Assembly (NCBI GenBank): GCA_002189035.1
Contig: NEEC01000024.1
Span: 434,001-498,000, forward strand
Direction of reading: 5' to 3'
Origin: Utricularia gibba
Taxonomy: Eukaryota; Plantae; Magnoliophyta
Length of the DNA: 64,000 nt
This document shows positions 11,339 through 22,911 of this stretch, piece by piece (the stretch's first letter is position 1; each line of letters starts with the position of its first letter). The position numbers and the translations under genes are program-made. Under the pieces are notes generated by a model that had not been told where the DNA came from, did not search any database, and saw only the letters and a list, made by a program, of their open reading frames with translations.

Positions 11339-14119
11339 AGCATTTGCTTGAGATTAACTAGATTTGTAGTTTTAGTTGAACTTATCTTATTGGGGGAAGC
11401 ATTTTAAATTGCCACATACATTATAAATAAACTTCCTTCTAGCATTTTGAAATGAAAATCCCCTATAACTTGCCTTGTACAAACAACTTTCTAAACATTT
11501 TTTTTGTTTTTTGTTGTCTAAGTGTTGCTAAAACTGAGCATATTTTAGAGGATAAACTTAAAAAAATGAGCAATTAAAGCCATGTTTCTTCGTTATCCAA
11601 GTGGTCAAGAGGAATATAAGTTGTTCAACTTGAACTCTAACATAATTTCTCTTTCATCTAGTTTGTTTCAATGAATCATATTTCTCATTTCAGGGTTCAC
11701 AAGACACCATTATTTCTTCCAATCATAGACCGATATTCTTCTCTTCTTCTATTTAATGATTCCCAAGAAGAGGAAACTATTACTTCGGATGTTGATTCTG
11801 TAAATACACAAAAACCATCAAAATAATAAATTAAAATCGTCTCCATAAGGAATTATTATTAGAATTTTTTTTAAAACAATGACTCAAAAATAAATGAAAA
11901 CAAAGCAAAATATTGGTTTAGAAAATAATATAAAAAGTAGCATTGGATCTACAATCCAACTTGCAAAACTCACTCATTTGTGTTTCTAATTCTTATCAAA
12001 TCCTTACAGCTCACAGGAAACAAAGTTACAATCGCTTCTTTGTTTTGAACAATCTTGCAATCGATTTACTATGGAATCGAAGTGAATCAAATCTGATTTG
12101 AGTTATCGTTCTGTAAGACATTGATCATTCATCTTTATTAAAATTGAGAAAGAATGGTTTCCTTTCATCTATGAATTTTGATTCTCATGCGTCTGACTCT
12201 TGAAATTTATTTTGATGAATTGAAATTCACTTAGAGAATCGTATGAAATGATTTCTAATTAATTTTAAATGGTTTTATTATAAAATTTGAATGAAACTTA
12301 CTTGTGATTAAATGATTCTATATAACTGTTGTAATTACTTGATTTTGACACGGTTATTCACATTTTCATATAATGAATCTAAAACTATGAAATTTTGGTT
12401 TTTTATTCCTTTATGATTTATGTATATTCCAATTTTTTATTCTCTATAAAATGGTTAACAAAATGATATTTTCATTTTACAAGGCAAATGAGATAATGAT
12501 ATCTTGGATTCAACCTGTGAAAATAGAGATTCCAATTCAACATTATTAACTTGTAAAAATATATGTTTAAATTAATTAAGATTATCAAATAATATCATTT
12601 TTAGAACAAATTGAGATGATATTAGAAGAGTTAACTCAATAAAGAAAATCAATTTTTCAATGAGTTGAATTTCTTGAAAGTGATCCTAAATTACATTCTC
12701 AAACTTGTGGATATCCAAAAAATTAAAGAGAAGATTGGGAACTCTTATTTGAGTCTAGGTCCTATGTAACCAATTTCTAAGAATTATAAATCATTTGGTT
12801 CATCTACACATGTCCTCACAACATCCTTGTCTACTAACAAATAAATGAATCAAGATGCTTCATATGACATAAATAAAATAGACTTGTAGTCAAAGTCATG
12901 AAAGTAAAAAGTCTAGCATAAAAATAAAATATTCAAATTTTACACATAAAAGTAAATCAGATTTTACTTCTGCAATACTATGCTTAGCTAGGAATGATAT
13001 CATCCAGGGGTAATTTTCTAGTCCTTTGCATGGGCTGAGTTAGTTTATTCTCATTCTTCTTTTTTGTTCATCTCCTTCATTCATTCTGGTATGTTTTTAT
13101 ATTCTCAATATAATTATTCTTAAAAATGTCTATTTTTAATTTTAAGAATCTTAGAGTGTGCGCAGAAATATCTCAATAATTCAAAAAACTTGCTACTAAC
13201 ATTAGAGAAATCATTATGAAAATGAAAAGTGGACTAAATTTATGATTTAGTTCAATTTTATAGATAAAAATGTAAATCTTATTAAAAGTAACATGAGAAT
13301 GTGTAGAGAAACTATATAAAAATTCATTTTCTCTTATTTTTGGATCTCTAATGTGTGGCCTCTTGCAACACAAACTTGTAAAATTAGGGTAGCAACACTC
13401 TTTGTAAATCAGTGGAAAAACTTTAAGAAATCTTCTACGAATGGGCTTGAGCTTGGGCTTGGACAAGGCAAAGGATCAGACAAGGGCGACTTACGTAAGG
13501 CGCCGGTAGAATTATTCTATGCTTTATCAGAGACTACCCATTCCAGATGGGCTTCACCTTGCCTTGGTCCATTCATCGTGGGGGCCTCTTAGTAAGGCAT
13601 AACCCGCCAACGACCCAAACTCCCCATCGATCAAAATTCACAATTAAAAATGGTCCCAAAATACAAACACATGCATTGACATATACCTCCACTTACAACA
13701 ACGAGAATACAAAAAAAAAAAAAAAAGAAGCTTTAGTTGCTGTATACACATGCACGTGCCGAACCCCCCCACCTCATTATTTTCCTCCCTTCCTATGAAC
13801 AAGCATTTTCCTCTCTCCTTTCCTTTGTTTATGAATTTCCAAAAAAAAAAATTAAAGTCACCTTGGCTCACCTGTCGACCCCAATATACACCTATATCAA
13901 TCCACAATTCCTCTCATCTTTAGTTTTTTTTTTTTTTTTTTTTTTTTACTGTGACGTTTCAAATTGTTTTTACCGCGTTGCCTCCCATCCGCGTTGGGTT
14001 GTTGAAGCTAATGAGCCCGTTTTTCTGACAGGCTCTGCAACTCAGCCCCCCCCCCCACCCCCCACCCCTTCCTCAATTTTAGTGTCACCTACCTCTACCA
14101 TTGCTTTCTCTCTCTTCAC

Positions 14120-16122
14120 TCACTGCGCAGCAGTAGATGTAGTGGCAGTGCTCGGCGGCGGCGGAATCATCTCGAAACCCCACCGTCCTCGTCCTCCATC
14201 ACGTCATCATCTTCCTCCTCCTCATCTTCCTCGTCTGTCTCCTCGTTGGTGTTGGTGTTATTCAATCCCAGATCAACATTGTCCAAGGAATTTTTCTGTT
14301 CCGTCCGAGGCATCAGACTCGGTGCTGTCAAAATAGCATTCAGGCTGCTGGCATTGGGATTGAGAGATGATGTGAGGAGCTCGTTTCTAGCTCTGTCGTT
14401 GTATATAGTTTCTAGCTGGTGGAAGTATGGGCACGTCTTTGAATCTTCCGGCCGTTTCCTGTTACTCTCCTTCACCTTTTTGTAATACTTGTTGATGTTC
14501 TCCCATTTCTCCTTGCACCTTTTCGAGCTTCTGTTATATCCTAGTTTCGCCATCTCTGCAGAAATGTCCTCCCAAAGCGGCCCTTTTGGCCCGCTATCTT
14601 GGTACTTGAGATCCAGATTCGTTCTCAGTTTGATCAGTGCGAGCACTTCTGGTTTAGGCCACCGAGATGATGATGATGAACCACTCCCCGAACCCACATT
14701 TTTCTTCGAATTGCCCTCATCTCTTGCTGTCGGAGTTCGAATCTCGGGTGGTTGCTGCTGCATTGGCAGTGGTTGGTGTGGGGTTGGAACGAGGGTGCTT
14801 GCAGTGCTGGAAGCGGAAGGGGAAAACTTGGTGGTAACTTCAAGATGTTGTGCTGCGCATCAGCGGTTATCTTCTGCAGAAAAGCGACTACAGCAGAACT
14901 TTTAGCAGCGGCCATGGATCTCTCTTGGACCAGTAAATCGTGCTCGCGTTTCTTCCTCGCCATCTCTTGAACTCTCCATGCTTCTTCTCTGGCGATACGA
15001 TCTCTCTCTACTTTCTCGAGTGCTTCCAAAAATCTTCTGTGCATCTCCTCTTGCTTCTGAACCACATCTCTCATCAGCATCTGCAAGTAATCCTTCCACT
15101 TCCTCTTCCTCCCTCGTCTTTGATCCTCGTCGGAGGATGCCGAAGACAATGACTCCATCAGCAGGCTTGTCGAAAACTGGTAAGTGTGTGGTGAGACCGG
15201 AGGAGGCTGTTGGAAGGTAGTGGGATTGGATGAAGGTGGGAGTACATTCAAGGGTGTGGGACTAGTGGGCAAACTAGCCGCCGGCGGGTAGGGAGGTGGA
15301 TTGGAATCGTTTGTCGGCGGAGGCGGGCGAGGATGAAGGGATTTAGAGTATTGGGATTGTGCTCGAGAGCTTCCAATTGATCGAAGAATCTGTAGTTTTT
15401 GCCGTCGGGTTTGGATGCTCGGCCGTCCTTTGTCCTCTTGTGGTACTTGTACACGTTCTCAAACTTCTCTCTGCATTTTTTGGCACTTCGCTGAAACCCA
15501 AGCCCCGCCATTTTCCTGCTCCAAAAGGTCCAAATTAATTAGAAAAGAAAAAAGGGGAAGCGAGGAAGTTGATAAAGCGAAAAGGAACACATGAAATAAC
15601 TGCATCTATCCTCGCAGAAGACATAAATGAGTTGGAACCAAAAAGCAGATAAGATTCTCCGAAGAAATCTAAAGGAATTGTGGTTGAAGGAAAGAATTCG
15701 CCACAGACCCAGCAATTGCTGCGCTGTCTTCTTTGCTGCCGAGGAGGAGGGAGGGAAAAGGCTGCCGAATTCTAGGGAAAATGAAGTGAAACTCCTCGGA
15801 GACGAAAACCCTTTTAATCAAAAGGCAGCAATTGATACCCAGGAATGCCTTTTGCAGCAACAGCACTCACAAAGGAGTTGGAAATTTTCTGTTGTGGTTC
15901 TTTACCTGGAAACTTCTTCCCAGAGGGGGCTTTGAGTGTGGCGTCTTTGAAAGCGGGATCCATATCGGAGCGTATTTTGAGCAAAGCCAATGTTTGCTGT
16001 CTCGGCCAACGACTGCCTCCTCCGCCGCCTCCGCCTCCGCTTTCCTGTATTGGAATCGAACTGGAGGCGCCAACCTCGCTGCTGCCGCCACTGACTCCGC
16101 CGTTGTCGCCGGGGCTCCCCAT
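14120..16122 (-). CDS. GT-2: Trihelix transcription factor, GT-2 clade (two trihelix domains, central coiled coil), 2 exons (16122..15906, 15515..14120), about 538 aa after correcting four 1-nt frameshifts
   Basis: N-terminal trihelix RWPRQQTLALLKIRSDMD..PLWEEVSR|KMAGLGFQRSAKKCREKFENVYKYHKRTKDGR. Central RKRKWKDY..QEEM..FLEALEK.ERDRIAREEAWRVQEMAR. C-terminal SRWPKPEVLALIKLRT..KGPLWEDISAEMAKLGYNRSSKRCKEKWENINKYYKKVKESNRKRPEDSKTCPYFHQL. Acidic tail present. Phase-2 GT-AG intron. Orthology within GT-2/DF1/GTL1 is not resolved. Confidence 0.93.
15516..15905 (-). other. GT-AG intron of the trihelix gene (390 nt)
   Basis: Donor TCCAG|GTAAAG and acceptor GAGCAG|GAAAATG. It splits the Arg codon of VSR-K, the usual GT-2 intron position. 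Confidence 0.9.
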
Positions 16123-16548
16123 CTGGCATATAAAAATAATAATAAAAAAAGGAAACTTATAATGGAGGAGGGAGATGAAGTTTATCAGATGGAAAATCAT
16201 AAAAAAGAAAAAAAAATGCATCAGACAAGATTGGTGGAGTGAGCGTGTTTTTAAGAGAGGAGAGGAAGGGGGGAGGGGGGTTGAATTTAATTATTTAATT
16301 AAATTATGTATTTATTACGTGGGATGGATCTCTAGCCTGCGCTCCATGGTTCCCATCATCACATGAAAGTAGATATTAAATTATTATTTATTATTTTTAT
16401 AAAAAAGCATAAATTGGAGAGGAAAGAATCTACATTATTTTTGTTAGGGTTGCTTTGGGTGGAGCCTACAGCACCAATAATTGAGTGAGTGACCCAGCGA
16501 CACGCCACGCCACGCCACTTACCGCAGTCCTAATGACAAAAACCCAAC

Positions 16549-16583
16549 GGGGTCGGGGAGGGGGTGGGGGTGGGGGTGGGGGG
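16549..16583 (+). promoter_or_regulatory. Six-tract G-quadruplex-capable motif about 430 bp upstream of the trihelix ATG
   Basis: The sequence is ggggtcggggagggggtgggggtgggggtgggggg. Formation in vivo is untested. Confidence 0.6.
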
Positions 16584-18358
16584 TCTCTAAAAAACACTCC
16601 CAAATCGTAATTATCCCCCCCAAACCACCACTGCTTACGTAGTTTTCAAATTTACTCTAGCGACAGGAGCCCCACCACTAGGCACTAGCCTGGCCTTTCG
16701 ACCCAGCAAAAAGAAATATCTTAAAATTATTCAATAATTAGTAGCAGATGTCTGTTTGTGTTGAACTGTGTGGGTGTATGGAAAGGAGTGAAGTCGTTAG
16801 CGGACCACACCCAACACAACCAACCAACCAACCAACCGCTCACTTATTTCCTGCCTGTGCCCTCTTCAAGTTCCACCGAGGAAGCAAGACGTGGGGGCGA
16901 GCACCGGCGCGGTTGCATGTGCTTAGAGCTGAGAATGTCCAGCGAGCATGATCGGGAAGATGTGATGTTGGGAGGGGAAGGGATCAGCCCACGCACCTCA
17001 TTTATGAGAGCAAGTAAAGAGTGCCAAGTTTCTGTTGAGTTGCAACAGGCAACATACCTACCCAGTACCCACCCACTCCTTACCAATAATAATATCACTG
17101 TTAATGTGGCGTGTGCTAGCCCTAATTCTATGCGGTGTGTGCAAGCAATGTGCATTCGGCAGTCTTCTACTCCCTCGCCCTCGCCCGCGTCCCTTGAATT
17201 TATATTTAGTACATCAAACTGATTTCATTCCTCACGGCGCGCGTGCGTCGGAATACAACTTCATTTATAGTGCCCGCCGGTCTCCTTTTTAACACAGGGC
17301 TCCTCTGGTTGTTCCCCTTTTTTTGCATGATTCAATAACATGACCCACATGTCCTCCATCCCAATTCCAGATATGCCTGCCTGCGTGATTCCTACATGTG
17401 ATTTTATATGATCAACCCATTTCCCCATTGATTCTTGACTGTAAAGAGGGGGATACGGCCATGGTTAAAAAAACAAACAAGCAAACCCGCGAAAGAGGCC
17501 AGGAGGACAAGCACAGAATAAGTAGGACACACAACCAAATGGTGGGGTGGCTCCTTACTGCATGGATAAGGATAGCATATTACAAATCCTTTATCTTCAG
17601 CGCCGTGGCCCCCGACCCGACATTTATAAATTTATCACTATTGGGATTTCCTCCATATCATCACACAAATCAAGGAAAGCACGCTAATCAGTAAGCTTTT
17701 TCTCAATATCGTCAGTAATCCATTTCTATTTCAGATTGTGTGAAGAGTTCTGTGTATATAACATTTTATGCACGGTGCATGGTAATGTGTGCAGCGGCAG
17801 GGGCTTACCTTCTGAAGACAACAGTCGTTAGTAGTGTTGTTTACTGCGGGCTGGAGCGCAGCTTTGTTTTGTTTTGTTAACATGCAATTGCTTCGCTGGT
17901 TGTTGGTTGGTTAGTTGCTAAAGATGCTTTCCCTGACCTTCCCCGCCACCCGCGCCTCTTTTTCTTCGTTTTCCACATCACAAAGTCTTACAAGGATCGG
18001 CGTACTGCATGCAATCCTAGTTACTGCACCAAGTAATCACATCATTTGAATTTGTATTTATATTTGTCACTGCATACCAACTGGCGATGCAAGAGAGTGA
18101 ATGCATTAAATGCACTTATGGGTACATGGATATGCAGGATTCCAATCCCAAATTAAGCATGCATACGCAGGAAGCTGTGGACAAATGACAAAGATTTAAG
18201 ATGCACATGGTTGATTTGTGTTCCTTTCGTTCTTTTTCCTCTCATGACCAGACCTTCAGGACTAGAACGGGAGGTGAGGCGTTGCCCTTTTCAAATCAAA
18301 ATTACATGCTACCCAAGTGTAATTGAAGCAGAATCATGTGCTAATAAGTGGAGTGGCT

Positions 18359-18561
18359 CACGTGGGCGGTTATCCAAGTTTTAAGCCATGGCGGTGGACC
18401 CTGGAGAATATATTTATTTAATGGCAGCACCAGTACTCCCCCCTACTCTACGTAATGGTAAGCGTAGGTCTACGGTGTCTTGTGCGATCCGTTCCATTTC
18501 ACCTTACGTTCAAAGTAACGTTCAGGCGGCCGCGGATGGTAGATATAAAACCACGTGGGCG
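18359..18561. promoter_or_regulatory. Paired G-box sites CACGTGGGCG (18359 and 18552) in the GC-rich upstream region
   Basis: An identical 10-mer containing CACGTG occurs twice, 193 bp apart. A GTGGACCC TCP-like site lies near 18394. Confidence 0.4.
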
Positions 18562-21500
18562 AATGAATGGCTCCACTCCGCTCTTGTGTTTGCGTTTCAT
18601 TCTCTCACAACGGGCAACGCGGGCTTCTTTCTTTCTTCCCGTTCGGGACCCAGCCCAACACAAGTCGATGATGCAGGCTCCACTCCAGCGGTTCTCTTCC
18701 AAACCGCCAAAACCCAACACAAGTTGCTACGTAATGACGCTACTTAGAGCTGTAAAGAATGAATGCTTTTTGTTGTAAACGCATGAGCGTGGAATGGTCA
18801 AGTGACTTTAACCTCACACACACCCTAATATATCATGATACCTTAAATACTAAAATTTAGATTTCACATGTACCCAATTCGGCCTATATTAGCAAAAACC
18901 AAAAGTGCCAATTTTTACTTGCAGCATCAGCATTAGCATAAGATCACAAAAAATATAGGTATTTTTGAAAAAGACCATTGAATTCTCCTAAATTTGAACA
19001 CAATTGGATTTTGAAAATTATTTTCAATTGTTAATTAAGAATCAAGTTATTTTATTGATGTTTTTTTTTTGTGAGGATGTGATTAATAGTATAAATGTGT
19101 GACATATTTTTTAATGTGCAACTAGAAAAATCAAAGAAAGTGATGAAACTGTTAGAAGCCACCATTAATTCCTTTATATTTGAGTTGTTATAGTCCAAAA
19201 TACAATTTCTGGTCCAAGCATAATTAAATCAATTAGGTTAATAGTCCCAATCAATGCTTAATGTCGAGCGAAGAGCTTACACTTCATCAGTACCACAAGA
19301 ATTGAGTGAAGAGGCTTCAATTGGTAGATATCAAGTACCAAGCTTGGTCCTTAGTCCATGGGCCGCTTTGCGGGTCACTTGTGGGGTTCTAGAAGCCACA
19401 TTGAACAGTGTGTGAAAACATTTGCCAGGTAATGAGGCATAAACCATTGAGCCCCTAAGCCTTGCTGTCTCTTATGGTGTAGGGTCTTATATCGCATTTT
19501 GATTGGTTCAAGGAAGAAAATATTTTGTAACCCGAGGGGAATCCCTTACTTGTAGAGAAGATAGAACCTAATGGGTAAGATATGAGGGAAGCTTCAGTTG
19601 AGGAATGCCCGAGAGGCCCCTATCTCACTTGATAGAGGTTTATGACAATTCATGAAAGTCTCGATTGGATGCGTGAGGTATCTATAAAGCTCAAAATGAT
19701 AGCATTTCGCCTTGTAGCCTAATCAGTCATGTGTCCTCATACCTCATGAATTTAGTGGTTTGTCTGTGGCAGATTTGTTTTTCAAAATATTTTTACTTTT
19801 TTTTTCTCTTTATTAAAATAACTATGATTTTTTTTATTTTGAAAATAACTGTTATTTTAAAACTATTGTTTTAATACCTATTTTATTTGTGTCTTATTGA
19901 AATGGAACTTCCTTATTTTTGTGTTTTGTTGAAATTATTTTTTTAATACCTGTTTTATTAAATATTTCTTTCACATTTTTAATTAAATAAACCAAACACA
20001 CCTTTAAATGATTGTGTTTATATAATATCATTTCCTTTTTCTAAGTTAACCTACTAGTGAGATTGGAGAAAAAAATAAATCAATCTATGTAATGGAGTCT
20101 AACTCCCCACTATTGTAGAAACTCGATGTAATTTTAGTTTAATTTTTTCTGAATTCATTTATGTAAAATAAAAATCACAATGTTTTTTTCTTTTAAATTC
20201 GTTCAAATTTACTGCATAATTATTTTTCTTTTACTAATATCTAATTATTCAACAATATAAAAATCATAAAATCATTCCTTATGATGTGCAAGTGGATGTA
20301 CAGATTTATGAAATTTAAATATATTCATATTTGAAATAAAAATTTATTTATTGAAAATCATTTATTATAATGATGTATAGTGAAAAAGTCAATCATAATC
20401 AATGGTGATGCAAACAAAAAAATAAAGAACTAAAGATATTTTAATATCAATGGATTTATGTAAAAAAAATTTAAATAAACACGAGTATTGTAACAAGAAT
20501 TTAAGTAAATACAAGTATTTTGATAATAAAAAAAATTAACAGATATTTTGATAAAACTTTTTACTCACAAAACTATTTTGATAAAATAGCCCCTCATACT
20601 TATTGCCTCATCAAGCTTCATTTTTACTCTTATACAGGCAAAAAAAAAAAAAAAAAACAAAACAAAACAGAAAATCATGAATTGTCACTTAAGTTGATAA
20701 ATGTATAAATATATAAAAAAAGAAAAAACAAAGATCACCAGTTTCACAAATGAGAGCACCCAAAAAAGGTGAAGTAACTAATACGTGACTTATATTATTT
20801 ATATTTATGGGTTTTTTTTTATAACTTTTTTTGATTGTTCTACATTTTTTTTATAGAGTTTTTCTTATGTTTCTAGATGATTTTAATATCTTTTGTATCA
20901 ATTTGCTTTTTTTGAAAGAAAAGTAAGCTTTGTGATTTTTTAAGATGATTTAAACCTAAATTGGAGAAAAATAGAGATGATTTTTTTAGGGCAAAAATTG
21001 AGTTGTTTGGATGAAGATTTAGCTCAAGAATCTTGGATTATACAAGATTTCAATCATGTTTTTGGATATTTGAATATAATCTTAGAAGATTTGGTATCTT
21101 TTTTGAGGGCAAAAATTGAGTTGTTTCAAGTATTAGAATCGAGCCTAGTATTTTTTTTATTGTGTACTTTTGTTTTTTACTGTTTTCATATGTTAGAGCA
21201 TGTGTGTGTAATTGTTTGCAAATAAGGATCTACTATGAAGGCGTATTTACTTTTGTTTGATTATGCTCTCGACATTTGATATCTTATTTCATTTTATTTC
21301 AATATTTTCTTTTCCAATGTGCTCTTGATCACTATAAAATCCAAAAGAAATGTGGAAAAATTTTAGATTCTCATCATATACTTAAGAAGGTCTCAATTAG
21401 ATATTGTTGACAAGACACATTTGTCTTAATTTACCTGCAAAGGTATTAGCTATATGGGTTAGCTATATGGGTTGGAATAAGATGCGGGGAAAATATGGTT

Positions 21501-21661
21501 GTCATGAGACGCAAGATAACTCTGGTAGCATAGTTAATTCTGTAATATTACAAAATGAGCAATGATGGTATAACGGTGAATGTAGTACTACTTTAAAATA
21601 TCATTATCACTGAATTCCCCTTGTCCCACTATTGGCCTATGCCTGAATTTGACTTTGATAT

Positions 21662-22830
21662 TGATAACACATTTTTAAGTGATTGAGTGCATGGAAAAGA
21701 TTCATATTGTACTACAAAAATTTAGTTTTACTACCTAGTTTTATATTTTTGCGCATAAGTACCGCAATTGTGTTATTTTAGTCTTAGTTGGGACTAAATC
21801 TACGATTTAGTCTCAACCTTCTAATAGTTTTACTCGAGCAATGCAGTGCAGGTCGCAACACGAATCCCAAGGAGCCGAATATGCACAGTGTAGTGGCAGA
21901 AGATGAGTCCAAATGTCTGAAAAGTGGTACACACAAAATCTGAGGAGGAAAAAGGGAGATTTTGGACAAAAAGGGAGGAAAGATGAGAGAGAAGGCAAAT
22001 CTCCCCTTGGAGACTCACGAACACATTTTCTGGGGAGAAGGTTTTCTGGGAAGGAAGAAGAAGGAAGACAAATAGGAACGAAGCTAAAGTTCAAGATTAT
22101 TTTCTATCTTCGAAGAATATTACTCCTAGCTAAGACTAGCTAGTGACGTTTTTCAGTTTTTGTTGACACTTCACATTACTTGCTTGTTTGATTTCTGGTA
22201 TTTGACTGTGAAATGAGCACACTGTGGGTGATGTTTTCTTTTCCACTTTCGTTTACCTTAAGCATGAGTGGCTAAGTACTTTGGGGGGTGCCTTGGGGTA
22301 AAAAGAGGAGAAACATGTTAATCAACCTTTAGATCTAAACAGCCATGAGTCACGTCACTTCCTTAACAAATTAGGATAGATCCAGGAGGGGGAAGTAGTG
22401 AAACCCAACTTAACAACCCTAATTAGAGGTAGACCAAAGATTAGGGGGAAAAACAAGAATCCGGGTAGACCTAGATCTTGTGAGTTAGTTGTATGATTTG
22501 TGGTTTGTGTGAGTTTTTTTAGTAATGAGCATACATTCCCTAGGAGTCCCAAGGCATCACCCATTCCATTCCAGAAACAACCGAACTCTAGAACTTATTA
22601 CTTTTCTTTACTGTATTTCGTTTTAGTTCTGCTTTAGTCCTAGCTAAGATCAATTTTACCAACGTGACATTGATTCCTTGCATTGACCTTCACATAGCAA
22701 GCACCTAGCTCCTTGTGTTCGACCCTAGTCCACTATGCTCATAATTGTTTTATGCTTGAATGTGTATTAGGTTATAAATTTATTTGATAGGAAAGTTTAT
22801 ATTTACGACGTGTGAATTTTTCGTTTATCA
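21662..22830 (+). mobile_element. Solo LTR, Athila-type family D (1169 bp)
   Basis: Starts TGATAACAC and ends CGTTTATCA, with a perfect TSD GATAT. Confidence 0.93.
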
Positions 22831-22911
22831 GATATCAAATGCTACAACCCATGCTAACCTTGTATGATAATGTAAGATAAAAGGCCTTATAAAGGTATCC
22901 TCATTGGTTAA

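Noticed and set aside
13619-13635. 17-bp match (actccccatcgatcaaa) to the Tat integrase FDRWGV codons at about 36279
   Set aside because: The flanks do not extend the similarity, and one 17-mer match is plausible by chance in 64 kb.
13737-15220. Long plus-strand ORFs (199, 138 and 80 aa) opposite the trihelix gene
   Set aside because: These are antisense shadows of GC-rich coding sequence and low-complexity UTR, with no recognisable domain.
16758-18778. ORFs of 100-154 aa upstream of the trihelix gene (16758..17222, 18388..18747, 18455..18778)
   Set aside because: There are no recognisable motifs or splice structure, several start at non-ATG codons, and such ORFs are expected in GC-rich non-coding DNA.
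19150-19750. LTR-like segment beginning TGTTAG with a purine tract
   Set aside because: No matching CA end with a TSD and no homolog in the window, so it cannot be supported as an element.
20985-21127. Duplicated agggcaaaaattgagttgttt, suggesting a DNA transposon
   Set aside because: No terminal inverted repeats or TSD could be located by eye.
22711-22740. GTTCGACCC T-loop-like motif, considered as a tRNA gene or SINE
   Set aside because: There is no cloverleaf or A-box context. It is the conserved Athila U5 motif, reported as a finding instead.
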